Assembly: GCA_964607485.1 (NCBI GenBank)
Contig: CAZSKP010000006.1
Span: 43,344-107,343, forward strand
Reading direction: 5' to 3'
Length of the DNA stretch: 64,000 nucleotides
DNA from: an uncultured bacterium
GTDB taxonomy: Bacteria > Abyssobacteria > SURF-5
The position numbers and the translations under genes were made by a program. This document shows positions 54,662 through 64,000 of the stretch, piece by piece (position 1 is the first letter of the stretch; each line of letters opens with the position of its first letter). Under the pieces are notes generated by a model. That model saw only the letters and a program-made list of their open reading frames with translations, had not been told where the DNA came from and ran no database searches.

Positions 54662-56839
54662 ATGGTAACCAGGTCAGACCGTCTGCGTTCGCTTCCATCC
54701 GCTCTCGACACGGGTGAAAACCGCCGGTTCTGCGTGACTCTGGCGGCAGCAATTCTGATCCTGTGCGTCATGGCGCTGCCGCTATTTCGCGGGCTTGTCT
54801 ATACGTTCAACGACCTCGGAGACTACCACCTTCCGATTCGCTTCTTCTACGCGCAGAGCCTGGCAGCCGGCGAGAGCTTCATCTGGCTGCCGAATATTTT
54901 CTGCGGTTTTTATATCCACGGCGAAGGCCAGGCGGGCATGCTTCATCCACTTCATCTCATCCTCTACCGAGTGCTGCCGCTCGATACCGCATTCAACATT
55001 GACTTGTTGTTCAGCTATCCGTTCATGCTGGCGGGCATGTTCCTTTTCTTGCGGCGCTGGAACATTCGCCGTGACGCGTCTATGTTTGGAGCGCTCGTGT
55101 TCGCGTTTTCCGGATTCGATCTCCTCCATTTCATACATATGAACTTGGTGGCTGTGGCCGCGCATATTCCGTGGCTCCTATTGGCCGTCGATGTTGCCGT
55201 GCGTGGTCGCAGCGCCAGGAGCGAGGCCTTAGGCGGTTTGGGCGTAGTGTTGCTTACGGCATCCCAGCTCCTCCTCGGTTTTCCGCAGTTCGTCTTTTTC
55301 TCACTGTTGCTCGAAATCTTGTACGCCGCGTTTCTTGCAGCATCATTGAAAAGAGTCCGGCGGCTGCTGCCACTGGGTGGGGCAATAATATTGGGTCTGC
55401 TTGCGGGTTCCGTTCAGATATTTCCTACCTTGGATGTTTTGTCTGCTTCGGTTCGTGAGACTCCGCAGCCGGACTTTCTCTACTGGCGCTCTTTGCACCC
55501 CATTAACCTCGTACAGTTGGTGGGGCCGTATTTTTTCCGAGGCCGAGTGTTCGGCGACAACACTCACGAACTGGGAATATATAACGGGGCAATTACGTTG
55601 GTGTTGCTCATTGTGCTTGTGCTCCGGAGGAAGGAATGGGGCTCGATGCGACAACTGACCGCGGGCGCCCTTGGGTTGGGGGCTGTGGCCTTCGTTCTTG
55701 CTTTGGGGAAATATGGTTATCTGTATCGGCTGCAAACGCTGCTGCCGCTCGTCGGACTGTTTCGAGGGCCTGTCCGTTACATCTTCGTGTTTCACTTCGC
55801 TATGGCGATTTGCGCTGCGATTGCCTTCAGCGAGCTTTCGGCTCTTGTCCAGAAGCGGGAGCGACTCGCGTGGCGCAAGCTCTGGCCGCTGGGGCTGGTG
55901 CCGATTGCGAGCATACTGCCGGTCATCTTCCTGTTTTGGGCCGATGGGCATCTCGACCCCGCGACGGCGCAGAAGATTTTTCGGTACATCGCACCGCAAA
56001 ATCTGGTGCTCGTAGGTCCGGTGCTTCTGACTCTGGCGACCGTAATCGTCGTCGCCGCATCGCGGGGGAGCCGGGTTGCCCTGGTGGGAGTAATATTGTT
56101 TGCCGCTGCCGATTTGGGCGCTTACGGGCTGACCTACATCTGGAGCAGTCCGCCGGCCGACATCGCGTCTTTTAAAGATTCCCTGTTGATGCCTCCCGAG
56201 GTGTCCGGGCACCGGATTCAATCCGCAGACGACGCGTTGATCATGAAGGGAGCCAGCCTTGCCAGCGGGTACGTCGCCCTGGAGCCAAAGCACAAGCTCG
56301 ACGACGAAAGCAGAGGGCGTCTGCGACTGGCGGACGTGAGCTGGGTTTGGGCCAAGCGCGGCGAGCCGTTGTATGGAAAAATTTACGGTTGGCAAGTTCC
56401 CGATCCCTTGCCGCGGGCCAGGCTCGTGTCGAGGACGGTTGTGAGCTCCGACCCCGGCAGAGATATCGACACCATCGATATAGATACGACCGCGCTCGTC
56501 TCGGAAGAACTCGGCCTGCCGGGAGGGCAGCCGGGCAGCGCGACCATCGTGAGCGACCGCCCGGGCGAAATCAGCGTGACCACCGACGCCGAATCCAGGC
56601 AGTTTCTGGTCCTGTCGGAGAGCTATCACGATGGCTGGCGGGCGAGCGTTGACGGCAGGGAGACCCCGGTGGTACGGGCGTACGGCGATTTCATGGGCTG
56701 TGTCGTGGATGCCGGCACGCACAAAGTAGAGTTTTCGTTTCGTCCGAAGAGCCTCCGAGTGGGCGCATGGTTCTCCGCGCTCGGGCTGGGGCTCACGCTT
56801 GTCTTCTTTCTTGTCTTGTTACATCCTCGGGAGGGATAA
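54662..56839 (+). CDS. YfhO-like GT-C membrane glycosyltransferase
   Basis: WLPNIFCGFYIHGE, multiple TMs, FRGPVRY, PLPRA, LVLSESYHDGWRASVDG, GTHKVEFSFRP. Confidence 0.85.
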   Translation: MVTRSDRLRSLPSALDTGENRRFCVTLAAAILILCVMALPLFRGLVYTFNDLGDYHLPIRFFYAQSLAAGESFIWLPNIFCGFYIHGEGQAGMLHPLHLILYRVLPLDTAFNIDLLFSYPFMLAGMFLFLRRWNIRRDASMFGALVFAFSGFDLLHFIHMNLVAVAAHIPWLLLAVDVAVRGRSARSEALGGLGVVLLTASQLLLGFPQFVFFSLLLEILYAAFLAASLKRVRRLLPLGGAIILGLLAGSVQIFPTLDVLSASVRETPQPDFLYWRSLHPINLVQLVGPYFFRGRVFGDNTHELGIYNGAITLVLLIVLVLRRKEWGSMRQLTAGALGLGAVAFVLALGKYGYLYRLQTLLPLVGLFRGPVRYIFVFHFAMAICAAIAFSELSALVQKRERLAWRKLWPLGLVPIASILPVIFLFWADGHLDPATAQKIFRYIAPQNLVLVGPVLLTLATVIVVAASRGSRVALVGVILFAAADLGAYGLTYIWSSPPADIASFKDSLLMPPEVSGHRIQSADDALIMKGASLASGYVALEPKHKLDDESRGRLRLADVSWVWAKRGEPLYGKIYGWQVPDPLPRARLVSRTVVSSDPGRDIDTIDIDTTALVSEELGLPGGQPGSATIVSDRPGEISVTTDAESRQFLVLSESYHDGWRASVDGRETPVVRAYGDFMGCVVDAGTHKVEFSFRPKSLRVGAWFSALGLGLTLVFFLVLLHPREG

Positions 56840-56946
56840 TCCCAATCTGAACTCTTTCACTACCACAGGTCTTCTTGACACACCTCGGCTGTTCCAAATA
56901 TGATTTATGTTTGTGAATCAAGGGCACAAGGGAAATTCACATACCG

Positions 56947-57948
56947 ATGCCGCGAAAGAACATTTCTATTGGATTTTTCGATCCCGTCGGCGAGATGACC
57001 GGGGGGAGGGCGTACCGGGAGGCCGTGCGCGAGGCCTTGGGCAAGAGATACGACGTTGAGGTGTTCACCGCCACCGGTGAGGCCGGAATAATCCCTTCGG
57101 TCAGGCTCCGGCGAATGGCCGAAATAGCGAGAGTAAAGGCACCCAAAGGCGTTTGGATTCGAGATTTCTATCCCGTCGTCGGCATGAGCATTCGACGGAA
57201 TCCGGGAAAGAACATAGCCCTTTTTCTCCACATGTACACCGAAGGCGAGCAATCCGACATCTTGGGGCGGCTGTTCACGAGCCTGTTCTTCCGCAACATC
57301 AGGAAATGCGAGCGCGTCGTCACAATCGCGAATTTCTGGAAGGACTATCTCACGCGACTCGGCATAGGGAATGTCCGGGTGATACTAAACGCAATTGACC
57401 CGGCAGAATTCACCTTCCAGCCCGATGAGATCGAAGCGTTCAAAAGAAAATATTCTCTGACCGACGCCGCCGTGGTTTATATCGGCAACTGCCGCAGGAA
57501 TAAGGGGGTTGTCGAAGCGTATGACGCGCTTAAGGACCGGGGGTATCATCTGGTGACAAGCGGCGAGCCCGACGTTCGGCTTCCGTGCCCGAACTTCAAC
57601 TTACCATATCGCGAATATCTCCTCCTGCTCAAGGCGTCATCGGTGGTGGTCACGCTGTCGAAGTTTCGAGAAGGCTGGTGCAGAACCGCTCACGAGGCGA
57701 TGCTCTGCAAGACCCCCGTCGTGGGGTCGGGCGCGGGCGGAATGGCCGAGCTGCTTGAAGGTGGAGGGCAGTTCATATGCCGGGACGTCTCCGAGCTTCC
57801 GCATATGGTCGAGACCGCCATGAGCCGGAGCGAGGCGGTGGGGGAGGAGGGGTACAAGTTCGCGAGCGCTTTGACGGTGGAGCGGTTTGAAAGAGAATGG
57901 TCGGAGCTGATAGAGGAGGTGGTGCACGACGATTCTCGGCCCCGGTAA
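56947..57948 (+). CDS. GT4 glycosyltransferase
   Basis: NKGV, EGWCRTAHEAMLCKTPVV (E-X7-E); TTGACA-18-TATGAT upstream (56875-56904). Confidence 0.88.
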   Translation: MPRKNISIGFFDPVGEMTGGRAYREAVREALGKRYDVEVFTATGEAGIIPSVRLRRMAEIARVKAPKGVWIRDFYPVVGMSIRRNPGKNIALFLHMYTEGEQSDILGRLFTSLFFRNIRKCERVVTIANFWKDYLTRLGIGNVRVILNAIDPAEFTFQPDEIEAFKRKYSLTDAAVVYIGNCRRNKGVVEAYDALKDRGYHLVTSGEPDVRLPCPNFNLPYREYLLLLKASSVVVTLSKFREGWCRTAHEAMLCKTPVVGSGAGGMAELLEGGGQFICRDVSELPHMVETAMSRSEAVGEEGYKFASALTVERFEREWSELIEEVVHDDSRPR

Positions 57949-57979
57949 GCCCACAGGCGAGACGGAACAGCGGTCGGCG

Positions 57980-59440
57980 ATGCGGGCGCCGTTTTCCCGG
58001 ATTCTCGAAAGGCTATCCGTTCCCGACGACATCGTCCGCCTCTCCACGGATACCGTTTACTACGGCGTCGGCAAGGGAGCCGAGGCGCTGGCGGCTCTCG
58101 TTCTGATTCCCGTGCTCACGCGCGCCTTTTCCCCCGCCCAGTTCGGCCTGTGGGACGTCACCATGACGTTCTTCCTGCTCACGACGACCGTGGCATCTCT
58201 GGCGCTGGAGCCGGCGCTTGCCGCGTTCTACTTCGAGACGCAGCAAGGCGAACAAAGAAGACTCGTCGCCTCGACGTCTGTCCATTTCCGGCTTGTTTCG
58301 TCTGTCCTTGTCGCAATCCCGGTCTTTGCGCTTGCGCCCCACATTTCGCGGATTATATTCGACACGCCCGAACACGCCTCGTATTTTCGGATTGTGGCGG
58401 CTGCCATCCCATTCTTTCTCATGGTCAACGTATTCAAGCAGATCCTTCGCATCGACTTCGCCCCGGGGAAATTCAACGTCGTCGCGGTGGGCCACGCGTG
58501 CCTTTACGCGGCGCTGGGCATTTTTCTCGTAACGACGATGCAGATGGGAGTGACGGGAATTTTGCTCGGCATGCTCGGGGCGGCAGTTTGTTTTTCGTTG
58601 GTCGGCGGGGCGCTGGCTTCGCGGCTGGTTTCCTTTGAGTTCTCGGGCCGGGAGCTCAAGAATATGCTCGCCTTCGGCCTTCCATTGCTGCCCTCCCTGT
58701 TGGCGTACTGGGTGATCGATTTTTCGGACCGATACTTTCTGACGAAGCTCAGCACGCTCGAGCAGGTGGGCATCTATTCGGTGGGCGCCAGGATAAGCTC
58801 GATAATTATCCTGTTCGTCACCTCGTTCCAGATGGCATGGGCTCCGGTGGCACTGAGCTTTCAGCACCGGCCGGACGCGAAGGAACGATATTCCCGCGGC
58901 CTTTTCTTCTTCCTTGTCGTCGCCCTCACGGCAGCCACCGCCATCGTCGTCTTCGCCAGGCCTATCCTCATCGTTTTAACTCAGCCGAAATATTATGGGG
59001 CGGAGAAGGTGGTCGGCCTGCTTGTGCTGGCGACCGTCGCTTTTGGCGCGTTCCTCATCATAAACATCGGCCTAATACTCACGAAGAAGACCTCGCTCAC
59101 CAGCATTGCCATCGCGGTAGGAGCTGTCATCAACCTCGCGCTGAACTATCTGCTCATTCCCCGGTTCCAGATGATGGGCGCCGCGGTCGCAACGCTGGTT
59201 TCGTATTCTGTGGCTGTGGCGCTCCTGTACCGGTTCGCCCAAAGACACTATCCGATAGACTACGGAATTCCGCGGATAGCCAAGCTCGCGTTGCTGGCGG
59301 TTGGCGTGATGGCAGTCGCGACGGTAATTACTTTTGAGAAGTCGGTGTTCATGGATTCGCTGTTCGGCGTTGTGCTCATGGCGGTATTCCTGTTTTTGCT
59401 CATCCGCTATTTCTTACGCGACCGGATAAGGACCGAATGA
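57980..59440 (+). CDS. Wzx/MOP-family oligosaccharide flippase
   Basis: LIPVLTRAFSPAQFG, AFGLPL, SDRYFL, VGIYS, LNYLLIPRFQMMGAAVAT; about 12-14 TMs. Confidence 0.9.
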   Translation: MRAPFSRILERLSVPDDIVRLSTDTVYYGVGKGAEALAALVLIPVLTRAFSPAQFGLWDVTMTFFLLTTTVASLALEPALAAFYFETQQGEQRRLVASTSVHFRLVSSVLVAIPVFALAPHISRIIFDTPEHASYFRIVAAAIPFFLMVNVFKQILRIDFAPGKFNVVAVGHACLYAALGIFLVTTMQMGVTGILLGMLGAAVCFSLVGGALASRLVSFEFSGRELKNMLAFGLPLLPSLLAYWVIDFSDRYFLTKLSTLEQVGIYSVGARISSIIILFVTSFQMAWAPVALSFQHRPDAKERYSRGLFFFLVVALTAATAIVVFARPILIVLTQPKYYGAEKVVGLLVLATVAFGAFLIINIGLILTKKTSLTSIAIAVGAVINLALNYLLIPRFQMMGAAVATLVSYSVAVALLYRFAQRHYPIDYGIPRIAKLALLAVGVMAVATVITFEKSVFMDSLFGVVLMAVFLFLLIRYFLRDRIRTE

Positions 59441-61305
59441 TGGAATCGATGGACGACACGCGCGACGGAACGAGGCCCGGGCGGAACTCTATGTTTGCGG
59501 CCGGCCTGTTGCTATGTTTCCTGGCAGCGCTCGTCTTCGCCAACTCGTTCAAGAACGATTTTGTCGGATATGACGACCAGAACCTCATAGTGAATAATCC
59601 CGCGATTCGCAGCCTGTCGCCTGACAATGTCGCTCAGATGTTTGTACCGAAGCTCAGGGGCAACTACCAGCCGATTCGCACGCTGTCGTATGCCATCGAT
59701 TACGCCATCTGGGGAGCGCGCCCTCTGGGCTTTCATCTGACGAACATTGTTCTCCATGCGTTGACCGTGGTCTGCGTCTGGCTTCTGCTTCGTGGCCTGT
59801 TGTCTGAGCCGGTTGCCCTGCTCGCGGCAATGCTCTTTGCGGTGCACCCTATCCACGTGGAGAGCGTGACGTGGATGTCGGCCCGGAAGGATCTTCTGTC
59901 GCTGGCCTTCTTCTTGTTGGCGATTCTGTGGTACGAAAAGTCGGAGTCGAGCGGAAAGGTCGTTCCATACGTGGGCTCAATCATCGCGACCGCGCTCGCG
60001 CTGCTTTCCAAGCTGACGGCCGTATCGCTGCCGTTCTGCATCTTGCTGCTGGAATTCTGTCGGCATGGTCGGCCGGGAGCGGCCGAACTGGGGCGAAAGC
60101 TGGTTCGCCTGTTGCCGCATTTTCTCCTGGTATGCCTGGTCGTGGGGCTGAACTTTCTCCGCGTCGGGACGATGCCCACGCATGGCGACGCGTTGGTCGG
60201 GCTTGAACAAGCTGGACACCCGTTCGTTCGCGACGTGTGGCTGAGCATGCCGATGGTTGTCTGCCGGTATATCGGTCTGCTGCTCGTCCCCTGCCGTTTG
60301 AGCACGCATTACGACGTGACCCGGCTCACGGACTTGGCCGATGCTCGGGTGCTCGTTCCTTCGGCATTTCTCGCAGCGGTCGTTCTCATTGGAGTTGTTG
60401 CTTTCTTTCGCGGCCGCATGGCGCTCGCATTTTGCATCGGATGGTTTGTCATCACGTTTCTGCCCACGTCCAATCTGGTTCCGACGGCCGCAATGATGAC
60501 CGACCGGTATATGCACATCCCCTCCATCGGATTTGCCGCCCTTCTCGCCATGGCTTTGACGTATCCCATCAAGAAAATGTCCGGCGCCACAAATCCGACC
60601 GTCCGCCTGCTTGCGCTGGCGCCGGCCCTAATCGTCATGTTGCTGTTTTCAGTGCTGACGGTCCGGCGCAACACCGATTGGCGCGACACGACCTCGTTGT
60701 TCTCCCGAACGCTGCTCGTTAATCCAAGGAGCGTCGATGCCAGGCTGGCTATCGGCGCGATGTACGACAGGGCGGGCGATTACAACGCCGCCATCGAGAT
60801 GTATCGGAGCGCGCTCGACATCGTCCCCGGCCATTATCGCGTTCTCTACGATTTGGGTGTGTCGTACATGAAGAAGGGCTGGCTCCATCAGGCCATTGAG
60901 GCCCTCGAGGAATCCCGCGCGGCGAATCCGGATTTTCTGGCGACGCATTTCAACCTTGCGCTTTCCTATCACGAACAGGGACGGTACGATGATGCGATTG
61001 CCGAGCACAGGGAAGTTTTGAGGATCAACCCCCGTTATGCCGCATCGCACGGCGATCTCGGCCGCATTTACATCGAGATGGGTGAGCCGGAACTGGCGCT
61101 GAAGGAGCTGAATCGTGCTCTCACTATCCAGCCCGACCTGGCGCCCGCCCTCATCGACAGGGCCGGCCTGTTGATACGTGAGGGCCGTTACGAAGACGCC
61201 GAGCAGGACATACGAAAGCTCGCGTCGCTCGGCGTCGATACGAGCGAATTGCGGGAAAAGCTGGTTACGGCCCGGAAAGCGAAACAGGAATCCCCTTCCG
61301 ATTGA
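59437..61305 (+). CDS. TMTC-like GT-C protein with C-terminal TPRs
   Basis: FVGYDD, YQPIRTLSYAID, FHLTNIVLH, FAVHPIHVESVTWMSARKDLL, DRYMHIPS, RNTDW, TPR array. Confidence 0.9.
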   Translation: MMESMDDTRDGTRPGRNSMFAAGLLLCFLAALVFANSFKNDFVGYDDQNLIVNNPAIRSLSPDNVAQMFVPKLRGNYQPIRTLSYAIDYAIWGARPLGFHLTNIVLHALTVVCVWLLLRGLLSEPVALLAAMLFAVHPIHVESVTWMSARKDLLSLAFFLLAILWYEKSESSGKVVPYVGSIIATALALLSKLTAVSLPFCILLLEFCRHGRPGAAELGRKLVRLLPHFLLVCLVVGLNFLRVGTMPTHGDALVGLEQAGHPFVRDVWLSMPMVVCRYIGLLLVPCRLSTHYDVTRLTDLADARVLVPSAFLAAVVLIGVVAFFRGRMALAFCIGWFVITFLPTSNLVPTAAMMTDRYMHIPSIGFAALLAMALTYPIKKMSGATNPTVRLLALAPALIVMLLFSVLTVRRNTDWRDTTSLFSRTLLVNPRSVDARLAIGAMYDRAGDYNAAIEMYRSALDIVPGHYRVLYDLGVSYMKKGWLHQAIEALEESRAANPDFLATHFNLALSYHEQGRYDDAIAEHREVLRINPRYAASHGDLGRIYIEMGEPELALKELNRALTIQPDLAPALIDRAGLLIREGRYEDAEQDIRKLASLGVDTSELREKLVTARKAKQESPSD

Positions 61306-61322
61306 CCGGTACGCTCGGAGGG

Positions 61323-62978
61323 TCAGTCGAGCGAGTACAGATCTCTTAGAACGGTTTTCAGTTCCTCCGGAGAGGAAGGCGCGAGGACGCCCCCCGTATA
61401 AACGAGGAAAGGCGAGACGCCGTATCTGTCCCAATCGAGCAGGTATCGGGAATCTTTTCGGAGGATCCCGAGGTCGATAAGCCTGCGCCAACGCGCCGCA
61501 ATTTGGGGGTTCTGCAGGCTTTCTTCGGAGAGATACACATGGCGGCCCATCGCCGCGATTTTGAAATAGGCCGATTCGGCGTTGGAAAGAGAGCCTTGCG
61601 GCACCCTGTCGAGCGTGACGATTCGTACGGCCTCGATTGAATCGTCTTCATAAGCAAGCCAGAGCGCATAAGTAAGGTTGTCGAATCTGAATACCAACGC
61701 GCCCCCAATGGAATCGGGCACGTTCAGGAAGAAGAACGTTTTGTTCCGTGGGGGCGTCGGATAAGAGCGTGTCGTTTGTTCGACTACACTGCCGGCAACC
61801 TCGGAAGCATATCTCCATATCTCCTGCCTCTCCTTGAGAAAGAAGCAGCTCGACGTTGCGTACATGACCACAAAAAAAGACGTGAGCGCAATCGATGCTC
61901 CGTTCGTCCGACGGGTTATCCACTCGGCGAATCTGAACAAGACGATAGAGACAAGGAGGGCCGCGCCGACGGAGCCCAGCACCACATGCCTCTCCGATGG
62001 CACCAGCCCAAGCGCCATGACGGGCGCGGCGCTCGCCAGAATCCACCACAGCAGAAACGTGAGCCGGAATCTCTTGAGAGCTACCGGGACCACGGCGACC
62101 ATGATAATGGCGCACGCGGCGAGGATATAGAATACTGTTCCGGCCGCAGCCAGCCTGTCGAACCAATTCAGCGCAAGAGCCCAATCGATTGGAGAAAGAG
62201 TCATTATCAGCGAATACCAGAGCCCCAGCATCATAATGTGCCAGTCGAAGGAGGTAACGGAAGGCGGCAATTCGGCCTGTCTCATCACCAGGCTTCGAAG
62301 CGCGATGAACAGAATCCCTATGAGAACGAAAGGCCAGCCGCTTTTCGCCGCGCGCTTCGCCGCCGTGGGCCAGCGCACTTCTCCTCCCAATAGCAGGTCA
62401 TAGAGAATAAGGACAATAGGGAGGACGACCGCCGATTCCTTCGTGAACACAGCCAGGACAAAGAAGATCAGCGAAAGCGCGTAAGCGAAACGTCTGGAGC
62501 TTCGACGCCAGAAAACGAAGAAGATGAGCGATGTTAGAACGAGAATGTTCTCGACAGCTCCGTTCAGGCTTGAAATCCAGAAGATTACCTCGGCATGCAC
62601 GGTCGACGTCAGGAAGATGACCGCCGCAGCCAGCGCCATGGACCAACGCTCGCACAGGAGCAGTCCGAGCACATAGACCTGCATACAGAGCAGCGCGTAG
62701 CACACCAGGCTCACTGCGTGAAATGCCCCGGCCCACAGCCCGAACGATTTCGCCAAGACTTCGAAGAATATCTTGATGCCGGGTCGATAATACACTCCCC
62801 ACGACGGCTTCAGGAATTCCGTGAGTCCTTCGCTCAGCGTGTCGGCCGGTCGGTTGAGCGCATGGTAGAGGACGATGTAATCGTCGGAATTGAAACCGTG
62901 GCTCACCGTCCTGCCGAAGAGGATGCAGACGAGAGCGATAAGAGAGAGCACGGCAACGATGTGTCTGTATTTCCCCAC
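61323..62978 (-). CDS. TMTC/PMT-like GT-C membrane protein without TPRs
   Basis: FNSDDY, YYRPG, HAEVIFWIS, FTKESAVVLP, SERHVVL. Confidence 0.8.
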   Translation of the reverse strand: MGKYRHIVAVLSLIALVCILFGRTVSHGFNSDDYIVLYHALNRPADTLSEGLTEFLKPSWGVYYRPGIKIFFEVLAKSFGLWAGAFHAVSLVCYALLCMQVYVLGLLLCERWSMALAAAVIFLTSTVHAEVIFWISSLNGAVENILVLTSLIFFVFWRRSSRRFAYALSLIFFVLAVFTKESAVVLPIVLILYDLLLGGEVRWPTAAKRAAKSGWPFVLIGILFIALRSLVMRQAELPPSVTSFDWHIMMLGLWYSLIMTLSPIDWALALNWFDRLAAAGTVFYILAACAIIMVAVVPVALKRFRLTFLLWWILASAAPVMALGLVPSERHVVLGSVGAALLVSIVLFRFAEWITRRTNGASIALTSFFVVMYATSSCFFLKERQEIWRYASEVAGSVVEQTTRSYPTPPRNKTFFFLNVPDSIGGALVFRFDNLTYALWLAYEDDSIEAVRIVTLDRVPQGSLSNAESAYFKIAAMGRHVYLSEESLQNPQIAARWRRLIDLGILRKDSRYLLDWDRYGVSPFLVYTGGVLAPSSPEELKTVLRDLYSLD

Positions 62979-62998
62979 TGATTTTCCCTAAGGTTCAC

Positions 62999-63730
62999 TT
63001 ACCCCTTCGAGGCGACCATCAGTATCGAGAGCCCGAACGGCAGGTCGCGTCGGTCGAGCAGCCGGCGTTCCACCCTCATGACTCCGAGCAGGACCCGGTT
63101 GAGCAGCTTCAGGTTCTCATAATACCTGATGCGGTATTTTGACGGATCTCTCCTGAACTTTCCAAGGGTCAGCCTCGCTGCCGCGACGGGCGGGAAGAGA
63201 AGGGTGTTGAAATAGCTCAGGCGCTCAACAATGTAACCGGCGGCCTCCGCCTTACGCGACAGTTCCCGCTTGGAGTATCTCCGCCTGTGATGCAGCGCGA
63301 CATCGTGCGCGCTCCACAGCGTCTCGTGAGCGGGAACGCTTGCCAGCAGCCTGCCCCGAGGCGCGGTGACCCTGTGCAGTTCGCCGAGCACCGCCTCGTC
63401 GTGCTCGCAGTGCTCGAGCAAGTCTGCAGCGACGACCAGCTCGAATGCGTCTGACCCGAAGGGGAGCATGCCGGCATCGGCCTGGCACAGTTTGGCTAAT
63501 CCGACGCTGCGGCAATGAGTCAGTGCGCCGATGTTGTCGTCTATTCCAAACACGGGGCCGACGCTCGCGAACCTCTTCATCATCAGCCCCGAGCCGCATC
63601 CGACGTCGAGGATCCGTTTGCCGCGAAGCTCTTCCCGGTATGCGCTGAAAAACAGGAGATCGCGGGTTCCGACAAACCACCAGTGATTTTCGCCGAGCCG
63701 AAAAAGCTGGGCGTACTCTTCAGGATTCAT
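62999..63730 (-). CDS. Class I SAM-dependent methyltransferase
   Basis: ENHWWFVGTR, ILDVGCGSG, DLLEH, LWSAHDVALHHRRRY, LPFGLS. Confidence 0.92.
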   Translation of the reverse strand: MNPEEYAQLFRLGENHWWFVGTRDLLFFSAYREELRGKRILDVGCGSGLMMKRFASVGPVFGIDDNIGALTHCRSVGLAKLCQADAGMLPFGSDAFELVVAADLLEHCEHDEAVLGELHRVTAPRGRLLASVPAHETLWSAHDVALHHRRRYSKRELSRKAEAAGYIVERLSYFNTLLFPPVAAARLTLGKFRRDPSKYRIRYYENLKLLNRVLLGVMRVERRLLDRRDLPFGLSILMVASKG

Positions 63731-64000
63731 TCGACGCTGTCTGTCTTTCTCCCATACACGAGCATTATGTCGAACGGGTTGACATAGACCACGCGGTCGG
63801 CGATGCGAAGCAGCCGAGCCGCTCGGGAGAGCAGGCGTTGCGTCGCCGAGCTGTATTGTCCCGCCCTCTTGATGAAGAATTGCACGTCTATGTATTTGCC
63901 GACGTGTGTCAACCGAACGGGCTCGAAATGGTACTTGACGAGAAAACGGCGGATGGTGTCGGGTGAGAAATAGTACAGGTGCTCTCCCTGTTTGATGCCC
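63727..64000 (-). CDS. 3' end of a probable class I SAM-dependent methyltransferase (partial)
   Basis: Frame is open to the window end: GIKQGEHLYYFSPDTIRRFL...NPFDIMLVYGRK; ATGA overlap with the next gene. Confidence 0.7.
   Translation of the reverse strand, partial: GIKQGEHLYYFSPDTIRRFLVKYHFEPVRLTHVGKYIDVQFFIKRAGQYSSATQRLLSRAARLLRIADRVVYVNPFDIMLVYGRKTDSVE

Overview
A GC-rich bacterial chromosomal window that looks like it comes from an anaerobe. DUF1559-type and TMTC-type proteins, a glycyl radical enzyme and archaeal-type AroA'/AroB' suggest a Hydrogenedentes/Abyssubacteria- or PVC-like lineage, but this is inference only. From left to right it holds: (1) a minus-strand operon (HTH_17/BldC-like regulator, membrane-anchored VIT-VWA protein, DUF1559 protein, partial membrane protein) whose promoter carries five hexamers at an exact 10-bp period; (2) a TetR-controlled YbhGFSR-like ABC exporter, a CDF transporter, a Thr-type sulfatase-like enzyme and an SDR; (3) a 14-kb MSHA/T2SS-like pilus cluster with a sigma54/IHF/UAS promoter, three GspG-like pilins and a terminal HDOD-GGDEF cyclase; (4) TetR, an IslA-like glycyl radical enzyme with a remodelled active site, and its activase; (5) tRNA-Lys, tRNA-Leu, tig-clpP-clpX-engB; (6) a TIR-flanked HUH (Y1) transposase next to an AT-rich three-gene island; (7) aroA'/aroB', Fe-S and TetR genes, tatA-tatC-tatB; (8) a glycosylation locus rich in GT-C-fold proteins. 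Four copies of a GTCAT...ATGAC palindromic repeat are scattered between genes. No CRISPR array or rRNA was seen. All family calls come from motif recognition by eye, not from database searches.
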